Below, one piece after another: positions 27,033 to 35,751 of a stretch of DNA of 64,000 nucleotides. Below the pieces are notes generated by a model. It made no database searches, had not been told where the DNA came from, and saw nothing but the letters and a program-made list of their open reading frames with translations. The stretch comes from Bdellovibrionales bacterium (GTDB lineage: Bacteria > Bdellovibrionota > Bdellovibrionia > Bdellovibrionales > UBA1609): the NCBI GenBank assembly GCA_020628165.1, contig JAHDFM010000008.1, positions 2,247-66,246 on the forward strand, given 5' to 3'. The position numbers were made by a program, and so were the translations under genes. Within the stretch, counting starts at the first letter, position 1, and each line of letters begins with the position of its first letter.

Positions 27033-28493
27033 ATGCCTTTAAAAATTCTAATTTTACTGAGTATTTTGGTTTTTAGTAGTTACGGAGTCGCTGATCAAGT
27101 TTTATTGACTGAAAAAAAACTAATGACTTTAGCTAGTGATAACACACCCAGCTTAATGGCTCTTGATGCTCAGCAAGCAGGAGCACAAGCTGCTCTTGAT
27201 GGTGAAAATGTAAAGTATGACTCTGTAGTTAGTATGAGCTTTAACTACGATTCATCACGAGAAAATGCCATCATGCCATTTGCTTTGGTTTTTCAGCCAC
27301 AAACTTTAGCGCAAGCCATGGTGCAAAAGAAGTTAACCCATGGAATAGCTGTGCAGGCAGGAGTGTTTGGGCAACAAATGTCCACTGCCGATCGGTTCAT
27401 TGATAACGCCACCCAAGTGGGCACGCGAGTCGGTGTAGAGTTTGATTTATGGAAGAACTTTTTGGGTCGTATTGATCGCAGTGAGTATCAATCAACAGCT
27501 TTGCAGAAAGAAATCACTGAATTACAAACAAACGTTAGTAGAAAAAACTACTTTATTGAAATTAGGAAGGCTTATTGGTCTCTTGTTGCCAACGAACTAT
27601 CGTCAGAACTTTCGCAAGAATTAATTAAGACTGCTGAGCGCCAATACCGTCAAGCACGTAAGCAGGTACAAGAAGGTGTTGGCGACCGTGGAGACGTGCA
27701 AAGAAGTTTTGCTCAAGTTCAGGCACGGAAGACATCACTTTTACAGTTTGAGTATCAAAAAGAAAACTTACTTACGTATTTACGAGCTATGATCCCCAAA
27801 TTACCTAAATCAACCATAACAGTTGATGCTAAAAACATTGTTAAAACCGAAGAGGCCACACTTATGTGTTTAACGAGCATTTTATCGCTAGAGAAGGTGA
27901 ACGACCAACACTCAAGTCTTGGCACTATTATTTCAAAACTTGGTGACCAAAAAAAATGGGAGCTTAAAAAAACAGAGGCCGTTGATGATATTGATGTTAA
28001 ATTAGTGGCTGAATATCAGGCCAGTGGTGTCGATAACAAATATTCAAAAGCTGTAGAGAACTACTCTGATGATTACCGTGATGGCTATAAAGTGGGTTTG
28101 CAAGTTCAAATCCCTTTAGGGTCACAACGATCTAATTTAAAAAAATCACAATTGCGAGCCACTCAAGCTCGTTTAGACGCTGAAAGCTATAGTTTACGTT
28201 TACAGTTAGATGCTGAACATAAAAAAATACGTGAAGGCATTCGCCTTTTAAAACTTGCACTGGATTCACAGAGTAAAACGGTTCAAAGTTTAAATTTAAG
28301 TTTGAATTCAACCAAAAGAAAATACCAACAAGCTCGTGTTCCTCTGAACACATATATTTTAGAACAAGATAATTTATTTAACACAAAACTCCTCGTTATA
28401 AACACTCGCTTACAGATTCTGCACTTGTTGCTCGATTATTTTAAAGTTTTTACCAACCACCCTTGTCCACTCAACCAAATGAGCGAGGTCTAA
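27033..28493 (+). CDS. TolC-family outer membrane efflux protein
   Basis: Signal peptide plus two OEP-type repeats with long coiled-coil helices. 486 aa. Sits 1 nt upstream of the RND pump gene. Confidence 0.88.
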   Translation: MPLKILILLSILVFSSYGVADQVLLTEKKLMTLASDNTPSLMALDAQQAGAQAALDGENVKYDSVVSMSFNYDSSRENAIMPFALVFQPQTLAQAMVQKKLTHGIAVQAGVFGQQMSTADRFIDNATQVGTRVGVEFDLWKNFLGRIDRSEYQSTALQKEITELQTNVSRKNYFIEIRKAYWSLVANELSSELSQELIKTAERQYRQARKQVQEGVGDRGDVQRSFAQVQARKTSLLQFEYQKENLLTYLRAMIPKLPKSTITVDAKNIVKTEEATLMCLTSILSLEKVNDQHSSLGTIISKLGDQKKWELKKTEAVDDIDVKLVAEYQASGVDNKYSKAVENYSDDYRDGYKVGLQVQIPLGSQRSNLKKSQLRATQARLDAESYSLRLQLDAEHKKIREGIRLLKLALDSQSKTVQSLNLSLNSTKRKYQQARVPLNTYILEQDNLFNTKLLVINTRLQILHLLLDYFKVFTNHPCPLNQMSEV

Positions 28494-28494
28494 C

Positions 28495-31400
28495 ATGACT
28501 AAAATTTCACGCTTTTTCTTAGAAAACTATAAGTTCACTACAGTTTTAACACTCTTTTTTATATTTTTTGGCTACAGAGGACTTTCAAGTTTAAGTTCAG
28601 AATCATTTCCAACTGTGAATATGGGACAAGTGATCATCGTCACAGCTTACAACGGTGCTACAGCTGAAGACATTGAAGCAAAAATAACTAAGCCCATAGA
28701 AGATGAAGTGCGCTCAATAACAGGCATCAAAGAGGTGAAGTCGGTCAGTCAACCCGGGCTCAGTCAAATCATATCAGTTGTTGATGTCGACAATTATCCT
28801 GTTGAAGAAGTTATAGCTGATTTGCAGAGAGCGGTGGACCGTGTGCCGGACTTGCCAACAGATTTATTACAGCCACCGGAGTTTATCGAGGTAAAAACCG
28901 AAGAGATGCCAGTTGTGGAAATAGCCATCGTAGGGGAGAATACGGATCGCATTCGTGACCGTGTTGCTCTGGAGTTAAAAGAAGATGTAGAGGATATAAA
29001 AAGCATCAGTGACATCAACATCATAGGGTTCCGCGAGAGACAGTTTAAAATTATCATTGATAATGAAAAGCTTAAGAAAAATTATGTCGGACTAAATGAG
29101 GTGACTTCTGCTTTAAGTTCACAAAATATCATAATTCCTGGTGGGTCTCTTGAAAGCAATGGAAATCAACAACTGATAAAAATAGATGAGAAGACAAGAT
29201 CAGTTGAAGAGATTGAAAATATTGTGGTGAGGTCCAATTTTTCTGGAAGTCGAGTGTCTCTCAATGATTTAGGTCAGGTGATTGATTCAGAGGAAGAGCC
29301 AACCGAGCTTGTTCGTCACTTTGGACAGCCAGCCACCTTTTTGATTGTTAGTCAAAAAGGGGGAACAGACACCATAGACTTAGCCACTGCTGTTAAAGAA
29401 AAACTAGCTCGTTTTTCAAAAAAATATCAAGGGCAGCTAGAGTTCAATGTCTACAATGATGAGGGGGTGCGAGTTCAAAATCGCATTGATGTTTTAAAGT
29501 CAAACGGACTTGCTGGATTAGCTTTAGTTTTTATTTTTCTTTTACTTTTTTTACCAGGTCGTGCTGGTTTCATGACGTCATTGTCTTTGCCTTTAGCGGT
29601 ATTGACAACTTTTGGTTACATTCAAGCCTCGGGTATGAGTCTAAACACGATCACCATCTTAGCTATGGTGATTTCCATTGGTATGTTGGTGGATAATGCC
29701 GTTGTGATTGCAGAGAACTTCGTTCGTTTGCGCTCTGAAGGAAAACCAGACAAAGAGGCCATCTTAACTTCTATACAAACCTTATGGCTCCCTATCACAG
29801 CAACAGCAATGACCACTATCGCAGCCTTTTTGCCGATGCTCGTGACCAAAGGAATTTTAGGGCAGTTTATCAAAGGCATACCATTAGTGATTACTGCATC
29901 GTTAGTGATCAGTTTGTTTGAATGTTTTATTTTATTACCCATTCGCTTAGTTCGCAAAAAACAAAAAGAATCAAAGACTCACTCAAACACAGAACCAAAA
30001 AAAGACTGGTTCATAAAATGGGTGGCTCCAGGCTTTAAGGCCTTAGTGCGCAAGCTTGTAAGGTTTCGTTATTTAACCGCAGTGTTTTTTGTTGGTCTTA
30101 TTAGTTTCTCTATTTTCATGATGACCTCGGCTAATAAGTTCGTACTGTTTCCAGCCGATCAAACAGAAATTTATTTGGTGCGTGTCGAAATGCCAAGAGG
30201 CACGGTGATTGAAAAGACAGATGAATCGTTGGCTGAAGTTGCCCAACTTGTAAAAGAAAAGTTAGGAGATTCAGTGAAGCATGTGACCTCAACAGCAGGA
30301 ATTTCCGAACAAGATCCGGCAGATCCAAAGAGTATGCGTGGCGATAATGTCGGATTGCTCAAAGTGTTTATGACTGAAGATGGAAAAAATAACCTAATCA
30401 CTAATGATGTTTTAAAGCGATTGCGCACTATTGTATATGAACCAGCTGAGAATTTAGTGTATGAAGCCATGATCAACGGGCCTCCTGTCGGGGCTCCTGT
30501 CACTGCAATTTTAAGGTCGAACGACTCAAAACAGCTCAAAGAAGCGTCAGAAAAATTGGCCAGTCAATTAAAAGGCGTTGATGGAGTGTTTGATGTCAAA
30601 GTGGATGATGTTTTTGGGCCTAATGAGTTAACTATAAAAATAGATCCAGTCAAAGCTAAAAGGTTGGGCTTGAGCGCTGAACAAGTGGGGCAGACGGTGC
30701 GAGTTGCGATGGCAGGTCTTCCCGTGACGAGCGTTAATATCAATAACCGCGAAGTGGACTACTTTGTCCGTTTGAAGTCTGATAACAGAAAGAACATTGC
30801 TGATTTAAAAAATCTTAAAGTAATGAACCAGAGTGGAGATTTAATTCCTCTCACTCGATTTGCTGTGATTCAGTCAGCGGATGGAGCTTCTTTCATTAAG
30901 CGTTTTGATTATAAGCAGGCAAAAACTGTGACGGCAAATATCAATGATGATGTCATCACCTCTATGGTGGCCAATAAAGAAGTTGAAAAGTTTTTTGATG
31001 CCATGAAATCAGACTACAAAGAGGTGACTCTGAAGTTTGGTGGTGAGGCGGAGCGAACACAGGAGTCGTTTGAGTCACTCATGCAGGCTTTGATTCTTTC
31101 CCTGATTGGTATTTTTGCACTTTTAGTGTTTTTATTTAAGTCCTATATAAAACCTTTGATCATTTTAACGACAATTCCACTAGGTTTGTTTGGTGTTGCT
31201 GTGGCATTTTTTGTTCATCAAAGACCGATCAGCTTTTTGGCTCTCATTGGGGTCGTTGGTTTGGGGGGAATTATCGTGAATTCAGGGATCGTGCTCATAA
31301 GCTTTGTGGAGACCTTAATCAAGGAAAATCCAGAAAGACCCCTTATTGATGCTTTAGTTGATGCCACTGGTTTGCGTTTGCGAGCAGTTATAGTAACCTC

Positions 31401-31626
31401 ATTAACAACAGTGAGTGGTTTGCTCCCTACCGCCTATGGTATAGGCGGTTCTGATGAATTCATCATTCCCATGACTCTTGCTATGGCTTGGGGTTTGGTG
31501 AGCGGAACGTTGCTTGCACTTTTATGGGTGCCTGCAGCCTATGCAATCACTGAAGATTTTGCGAGTCTTGTTAGCAATACTACTTGCAAGGTAAAATCTA
31601 TATTTAGGAGAGGGCATGACGTCTGA
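28495..31626 (+). CDS. RND-family efflux permease (AcrB/AcrD/AcrF-like)
   Basis: 1043 aa with 12-TM, two-large-loop architecture and typical N-terminus MTKISRFFLENYKFTTVLTLFFIFFG. The conserved TM4 region contains GMLVDNAVVIAEN. Confidence 0.93.
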   Translation: MTKISRFFLENYKFTTVLTLFFIFFGYRGLSSLSSESFPTVNMGQVIIVTAYNGATAEDIEAKITKPIEDEVRSITGIKEVKSVSQPGLSQIISVVDVDNYPVEEVIADLQRAVDRVPDLPTDLLQPPEFIEVKTEEMPVVEIAIVGENTDRIRDRVALELKEDVEDIKSISDINIIGFRERQFKIIIDNEKLKKNYVGLNEVTSALSSQNIIIPGGSLESNGNQQLIKIDEKTRSVEEIENIVVRSNFSGSRVSLNDLGQVIDSEEEPTELVRHFGQPATFLIVSQKGGTDTIDLATAVKEKLARFSKKYQGQLEFNVYNDEGVRVQNRIDVLKSNGLAGLALVFIFLLLFLPGRAGFMTSLSLPLAVLTTFGYIQASGMSLNTITILAMVISIGMLVDNAVVIAENFVRLRSEGKPDKEAILTSIQTLWLPITATAMTTIAAFLPMLVTKGILGQFIKGIPLVITASLVISLFECFILLPIRLVRKKQKESKTHSNTEPKKDWFIKWVAPGFKALVRKLVRFRYLTAVFFVGLISFSIFMMTSANKFVLFPADQTEIYLVRVEMPRGTVIEKTDESLAEVAQLVKEKLGDSVKHVTSTAGISEQDPADPKSMRGDNVGLLKVFMTEDGKNNLITNDVLKRLRTIVYEPAENLVYEAMINGPPVGAPVTAILRSNDSKQLKEASEKLASQLKGVDGVFDVKVDDVFGPNELTIKIDPVKAKRLGLSAEQVGQTVRVAMAGLPVTSVNINNREVDYFVRLKSDNRKNIADLKNLKVMNQSGDLIPLTRFAVIQSADGASFIKRFDYKQAKTVTANINDDVITSMVANKEVEKFFDAMKSDYKEVTLKFGGEAERTQESFESLMQALILSLIGIFALLVFLFKSYIKPLIILTTIPLGLFGVAVAFFVHQRPISFLALIGVVGLGGIIVNSGIVLISFVETLIKENPERPLIDALVDATGLRLRAVIVTSLTTVSGLLPTAYGIGGSDEFIIPMTLAMAWGLVSGTLLALLWVPAAYAITEDFASLVSNTTCKVKSIFRRGHDV

Positions 31627-32281
31627 AGAAAAATTAAAAACAAAAGAAAGGATTCTTTCAGAAGCGAGGAAGCTTTTCTCTGTGCATGGATACAAAGGAA
31701 CTTCCATTCGAAAGATAGCTGAAATGTCAGAGGTGAATTTATCGGCCGTGAGTTATCACTTTGGTGGCAAAACAGAATTGTTTTGGTCTGTTATGAATGA
31801 GACTTACGAGTGGATTGAAAGTGGTGTTAAAAGAATTTGTGAAGAGAGCACTGATATTGAAGGTCTTGCTCGCAATACTTACTTGTACTTAATATCGGAT
31901 GCCAATTACATAGTCTCAGCGATGAGGGCTATGTTATCTGACTTGGTTCCACCTCCAGCCAGCGATCACAGTTATTCACAAAAAATGAACAAGAGTTACT
32001 TTGGCCCTCCTGGTGGTGAGCACATGGTTGAGTTCATTGCAAAGAAATATGGCCTTAAAGAATCAGATGAGTCTGTGCAGTGGGCAGTGATGTCCATATT
32101 TTCAAGTATCTTTCATTTCACCACCTTTGAATGTGCCGAAAATTTTCAAGAGCATAAAAAGTGCAACCTAAATCCTAAAATATTTGAAAACACAGTGACT
32201 CATATGTCGACTGCAGTGATTGAGTACATGCTCAAACACAAAGACCAATCACCAGATTTTTTTCTAGCAAAAGGTACCTGA
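31616..32281 (+). CDS. TetR/AcrR-family transcriptional regulator
   Basis: N-terminal HTH ILSEARKLFSVHGYKGTSIRKIAEMSEVNLSAVSYHFGGK. Overlaps the RND stop by 11 nt. Confidence 0.9.
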   Translation: MTSEEKLKTKERILSEARKLFSVHGYKGTSIRKIAEMSEVNLSAVSYHFGGKTELFWSVMNETYEWIESGVKRICEESTDIEGLARNTYLYLISDANYIVSAMRAMLSDLVPPPASDHSYSQKMNKSYFGPPGGEHMVEFIAKKYGLKESDESVQWAVMSIFSSIFHFTTFECAENFQEHKKCNLNPKIFENTVTHMSTAVIEYMLKHKDQSPDFFLAKGT

Positions 32282-32370
32282 TTCTCATTGGTAGCAATAG
32301 TGCGTCAGCAAGAGGCACCTGCTTTTTTTTGAAGCGCACCTGCGAAACGATAAGGAAACAGGTACCTTTT
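32269..32370. repeat. Palindromic intergenic element (12-bp perfect terminal inverted repeat AAAAGGTACCTG / CAGGTACCTTTT)
   Basis: Left arm 32269-32280 overlaps the tetR stop codon. Right arm is 32359-32370. The interior contains GCACCTGC(T)8 and GCGCACCTGCGAAACG. Confidence 0.7.
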
Positions 32371-32493
32371 ATGAGCATATAGATTTTTCCATGCATACAA
32401 TTTATTGTGCAGTGTTATTTACAAATCAGTGTTCGTTTCACATGGAGCCTCTCAGGTGTGTTAATTCTCACATTATTAACATATGGGGGGAGC

Positions 32494-32991
32494 ATGAAAT
32501 TTTTAATCATAATTACAGTATTATTGTCGTCTTTATCAGCTTTGGCAGAAAATGGTTTTGAGGAAATGCAGCAGTTAGTTAGTATTCAACAAAGCACATA
32601 TTTAGGGCAGAAAGCTGCTGAAGCTGGATTTGAATTCACTGAAATCAAAACTCCATACATCAAAAGTGAATATGTAGAGTTTAGAGAGTTTTTAAAAGTG
32701 AATGAGCAAAAACAACAAGAACTGTTCAATCAAGTCGTAGACTCTGGTGAGCTGGATTATACAAACACTGATAGAGAGCAACTTAAAAAAGAAGCTAAGA
32801 AGTATTTTGGAGTTCCATTTTTATTTGAAATTGAAACTACTTACTTAGTCACAAAAAATGGCAAATTTGTTGGCTATATTTTTTCAATCATTGAGCATGG
32901 CCAATCTGAGATATATCAAGACGGAGCTTGGTCAGAAGTTTACGTAGATAAAAACTTTCAAATAGTTCTAAGAGATCAGCAAGCCGCCTAA
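32494..32991 (+). CDS. Hypothetical secreted protein (paralog family A/B)
   Basis: Start at ATG 32494 after a G-rich RBS. Signal peptide MKFLIIITVLLSSLSALA. The C-terminal VGYIFSI..E...S....DG.....Y.D motif is shared with the next gene. Confidence 0.7.
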   Translation: MKFLIIITVLLSSLSALAENGFEEMQQLVSIQQSTYLGQKAAEAGFEFTEIKTPYIKSEYVEFREFLKVNEQKQQELFNQVVDSGELDYTNTDREQLKKEAKKYFGVPFLFEIETTYLVTKNGKFVGYIFSIIEHGQSEIYQDGAWSEVYVDKNFQIVLRDQQAA

Positions 32992-33012
32992 AAGGAGCTT
33001 GCAGTCTTAAAT

Positions 33013-33070
33013 AAAAGGTAGGTTCTCAATGTCATTTTCAGCACTGCCATTGGGGGCCTGGAATCTTTTT
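33013..33070. repeat. Nested-palindrome repeat, copy A
   Basis: AAAAGGTAGGTTCTCAATGTCATTTTCAGCACTGCCATTGGGGGCCTGGAATCTTTTT, with the shared core AATGNCATTTTCA ... CCATTG ... CCTGGAA. Confidence 0.65.
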
Positions 33071-33137
33071 GTTTGCAAATTAATAACTCAAAAAGAAAAA
33101 ACAATTCTGCTCAAAAAACCATAATAAGGAATTAACT

Positions 33138-33827
33138 ATGAGAAATTTATTACTAATCATTTTAACAGTGTGTTCACATCAGATATTCGCCTCCGTTTGC
33201 GGGGAAGCTATCGATTTTTCAACAGATCATGACGGGTTTATTACAGGGTTCACAGTTAACAATGAAAGCCAACAATATCGTATTACTCCTAAAAACAGTC
33301 CTGAGCTTCACAACTCTATTGATTTAAGCAAAGGGTACTTTGTTTGTCTGGATAAGTTTGAAACCTACACTCGTAAAGTTCGCAACAAAGATGAAGTGAG
33401 ATCTTATGCGAAAACTACAGAATGGCGTTTATGGCTCAAGGGAAGATTAATAGCAGCTTTGCCCTTAAAAAGTGAAAGCAAGGTTAAACTCATTGAAGAG
33501 GCTGCTGATATCTTTGGTGAGTACCTTGATGTTCCTCAGTTTGGAAAATTTGAACTTAAATATCTATCTAAAAAAGAAAACCCGCATGAGCTTTCAAAAT
33601 TAGGTTCTCAAATTATCAACCGTGAAAATGAACTTATGGGAGAAAGAGGCTCTGTTTACAGAGTTGCGTACTACGCTATTCTACTTAGAAAAACTCAAGA
33701 AATTGTGGGCTATGTTATTTCAACAGATGAAGTTTGGGAGAGCAACAGTCTGCACGATGGAAGTGGTACTCACTTTTATATCGATATAGACTACAATCAA
33801 CTTTTTGATATCAGTTGGGCAGGATAG
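33138..33827 (+). CDS. Hypothetical secreted protein (paralog family A/B)
   Basis: Signal peptide MRNLLLIILTVCSHQIFA. C-terminal VGYVISTDEVWESNSLHDGSGTHFYID aligns without gaps to the upstream protein (10 of 27 identities by eye). Confidence 0.7.
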   Translation: MRNLLLIILTVCSHQIFASVCGEAIDFSTDHDGFITGFTVNNESQQYRITPKNSPELHNSIDLSKGYFVCLDKFETYTRKVRNKDEVRSYAKTTEWRLWLKGRLIAALPLKSESKVKLIEEAADIFGEYLDVPQFGKFELKYLSKKENPHELSKLGSQIINRENELMGERGSVYRVAYYAILLRKTQEIVGYVISTDEVWESNSLHDGSGTHFYIDIDYNQLFDISWAG

Positions 33828-33940
33828 TTTTTAACGCCAAACTAGCTTGAAAATTCCATTGGTGGTGTGCCTGCGCAACTAATGGGAGCCTAGAGACTAT
33901 AGTGACTTTTAGATTTTTAATTTTTTTCTAAGGAGCGTTT

Positions 33941-34315
33941 ATGACTTATGTGGATGGATTTGTTGCGGCAGTTCCTAAACAGAATCAACAAAAGTTTATA
34001 GAACATTCAAAACTATTCACTGAGATTGTCATGGAGAATGGTGCACTCAATGTTGTAGACTGTTGGGAGGATGATGTTCCAGATGGAAAAATCACTTCTA
34101 TGCCGAAGGCTGTAATGAAAAGAGAAGATGAAGTTATAGTCTTTTCGTGGATAGTTTGGCCGTCCAAAGAAGTGAGAGACAGTGGAATGGAAAAATTAAT
34201 GAAAGACCCAAGGGCAAGTGAAGAGCAAAACCCAATGCCCTTCGATGGTAAAAGACTCATTTATGGTGGTTTCAAAGTTATTCACTCAGCAGAAGGTCAG
34301 TTGAGGACTATATAA
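33941..34315 (+). CDS. DUF1428-family protein (YbaA-like)
   Basis: MTYVDGFVAAVPKQNQQKFIEHSK...VFSWIVWPSKEVRD...MPFDGKRLIYGGF matches my recollection of the DUF1428 family pattern. 124 aa. Confidence 0.8.
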   Translation: MTYVDGFVAAVPKQNQQKFIEHSKLFTEIVMENGALNVVDCWEDDVPDGKITSMPKAVMKREDEVIVFSWIVWPSKEVRDSGMEKLMKDPRASEEQNPMPFDGKRLIYGGFKVIHSAEGQLRTI

Positions 34316-34323
34316 GGTGAAAG

Positions 34324-34382
34324 AAAAAAAGTTCCCGGCTTAAAATGACATTTTTAACTATACCATTTGAAACCTGGAACCC
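34324..34382. repeat. Nested-palindrome repeat, copy B (degenerate)
   Basis: AAAAAAAGTTCCCGGCTTAAAATGACATTTTTAACTATACCATTTGAAACCTGGAACCC. Confidence 0.6.
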
Positions 34383-34398
34383 ATTAAAATTTATTCAT

Positions 34399-34941
34399 TT
34401 ATTTAGAAAATAATTTTGATTTTAAATTTTTAAACTTAGCTGCAAGGTTATCCCTATCTGTGCATTCCATTATATTCTCCTGATCCGGAGTGCTGATATA
34501 TTCTGTTTTCTTTAAATAAGTATCTTCTGCATTGTTTCTAACATAAGTATAGTATTGGTTCATGCGACAAATTTCAGTACTTGATCTAAATGAAAGATTG
34601 TAAAACTCACCGTTAATACGAGTATAATAATTATAGCCAACTTGCTCAATTGTCATATTCAACTCAGTTTCGTAATCATCAATATTTCGTGAACTTTTAA
34701 GAAAATGCTCTTCAGCCAACTCTAGTAAAGTATCTGTTATTCGCTCTTCAAGCTCTGATTGTTGAGTCGCTTGCGCTTGCTGTCTTTTTTGGATTTCCTC
34801 AATATAGCGTTGTTGATTTAATTGATCTATTTCATCAGAAATACTGTCTTGTGCAAATGTTTGAGTAACATTTAACATTGATAACATGATTGCAAAAAGC
34901 ATAAATAAATTAGACGTTTTATATAAAAATTTCATTAACAT
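34399..34941 (-). CDS. Hypothetical secreted protein
   Basis: 180-aa ORF with a signal peptide ...MLSMLNVTQTFAQD and a Gln/Glu-rich helical stretch. No known motif. Confidence 0.65.
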   Translation of the reverse strand: MLMKFLYKTSNLFMLFAIMLSMLNVTQTFAQDSISDEIDQLNQQRYIEEIQKRQQAQATQQSELEERITDTLLELAEEHFLKSSRNIDDYETELNMTIEQVGYNYYTRINGEFYNLSFRSSTEICRMNQYYTYVRNNAEDTYLKKTEYISTPDQENIMECTDRDNLAAKFKNLKSKLFSK

Positions 34942-34994
34942 ACCTCAAAAGTTAGTGTTTATTATTGCTTGATACAAAATTTAGACCAACTTTT

Positions 34995-35059
34995 AAAAAA
35001 GGTTCCAGGTTCCAGGTTCCAAATGGCATTTTCAAATATGCCATTTGGAAATTAATTCC
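34995..35059. repeat. Nested-palindrome repeat, copy C (best preserved)
   Basis: GGTTCCAGGTTCCAGGTTCC followed by a perfect 13-bp stem TTCCAAATGGCAT (35017-35029) / ATGCCATTTGGAA (35038-35050) with an 8-nt loop. Confidence 0.75.
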
Positions 35060-35065
35060 TTATAT

Positions 35066-35554
35066 TTATATTTCGTATACGTATGAACAGTTCACATAAA
35101 TTTTAGGAGATTGAGCACCGTTTTTGCTTTCTCTAGGGTCAACTCCAATGACAGTAGCTCTGAAAGTCTTCTGCTTGCCAAATTGAGTCTTAATTGTCTT
35201 AAAGCCCTTTTTTAATGATTTTAATTCAAAAAATATCTCAGGATTCTCATTTTCAGAAATTTCAAGAACTGAGACCCCTAGGGAATTACTATAGTCTTTG
35301 ATAGAGAACTCACTGTTAGCAGTCAACGATTCGTCATATTGTAAGTCTTCACTGTATTGATCTCTATATACAATAGGCTCACCATCAATCACAAAAGTTA
35401 ATTTTGAACCTAGAATGTCACCCGGAAATGTTGATGAAACTTGAGTTCTTCCAGAATCAGAAACGCACTCTAAACTGACCGGAGCTCCTCCAGCAAACAC
35501 AGTCTGGGAAATAAGAAATAATAAAATAGATAATAATGATGGTATAATGTTCAT
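35066..35554 (-). CDS. Hypothetical secreted protein
   Basis: Start moved to ATG at 35554, preceded by an AGGAGG RBS. Signal peptide MNIIPSLLSILLFLISQTVFAGG. Confidence 0.7.
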   Translation of the reverse strand: MNIIPSLLSILLFLISQTVFAGGAPVSLECVSDSGRTQVSSTFPGDILGSKLTFVIDGEPIVYRDQYSEDLQYDESLTANSEFSIKDYSNSLGVSVLEISENENPEIFFELKSLKKGFKTIKTQFGKQKTFRATVIGVDPRESKNGAQSPKIYVNCSYVYEI

Positions 35555-35675
35555 ATAACCTCCTAAGTTATAATGTGCCTGTAACAAAACCAAACTTGCT
35601 AAGCAAGATATGAGAATTGGTTTGTTATTAATAAAGGTAGTACTTGTAAATAATTTAATTAGGCGAACAATCGCT

Positions 35676-35739
35676 AAAGAAAGGTTCAAGGTTTCAAATG
35701 GTATTTTCAAAGTTACTTTTGAGAGCCTGGAATATTTTT
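35676..35739. repeat. Nested-palindrome repeat, copy D (degenerate)
   Basis: AAAGAAAGGTTCAAGGTTTCAAATGGTATTTTCAAAGTTACTTTTGAGAGCCTGGAATATTTTT. Confidence 0.6.
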
Positions 35740-35751
35740 AGATTCTTTTTA

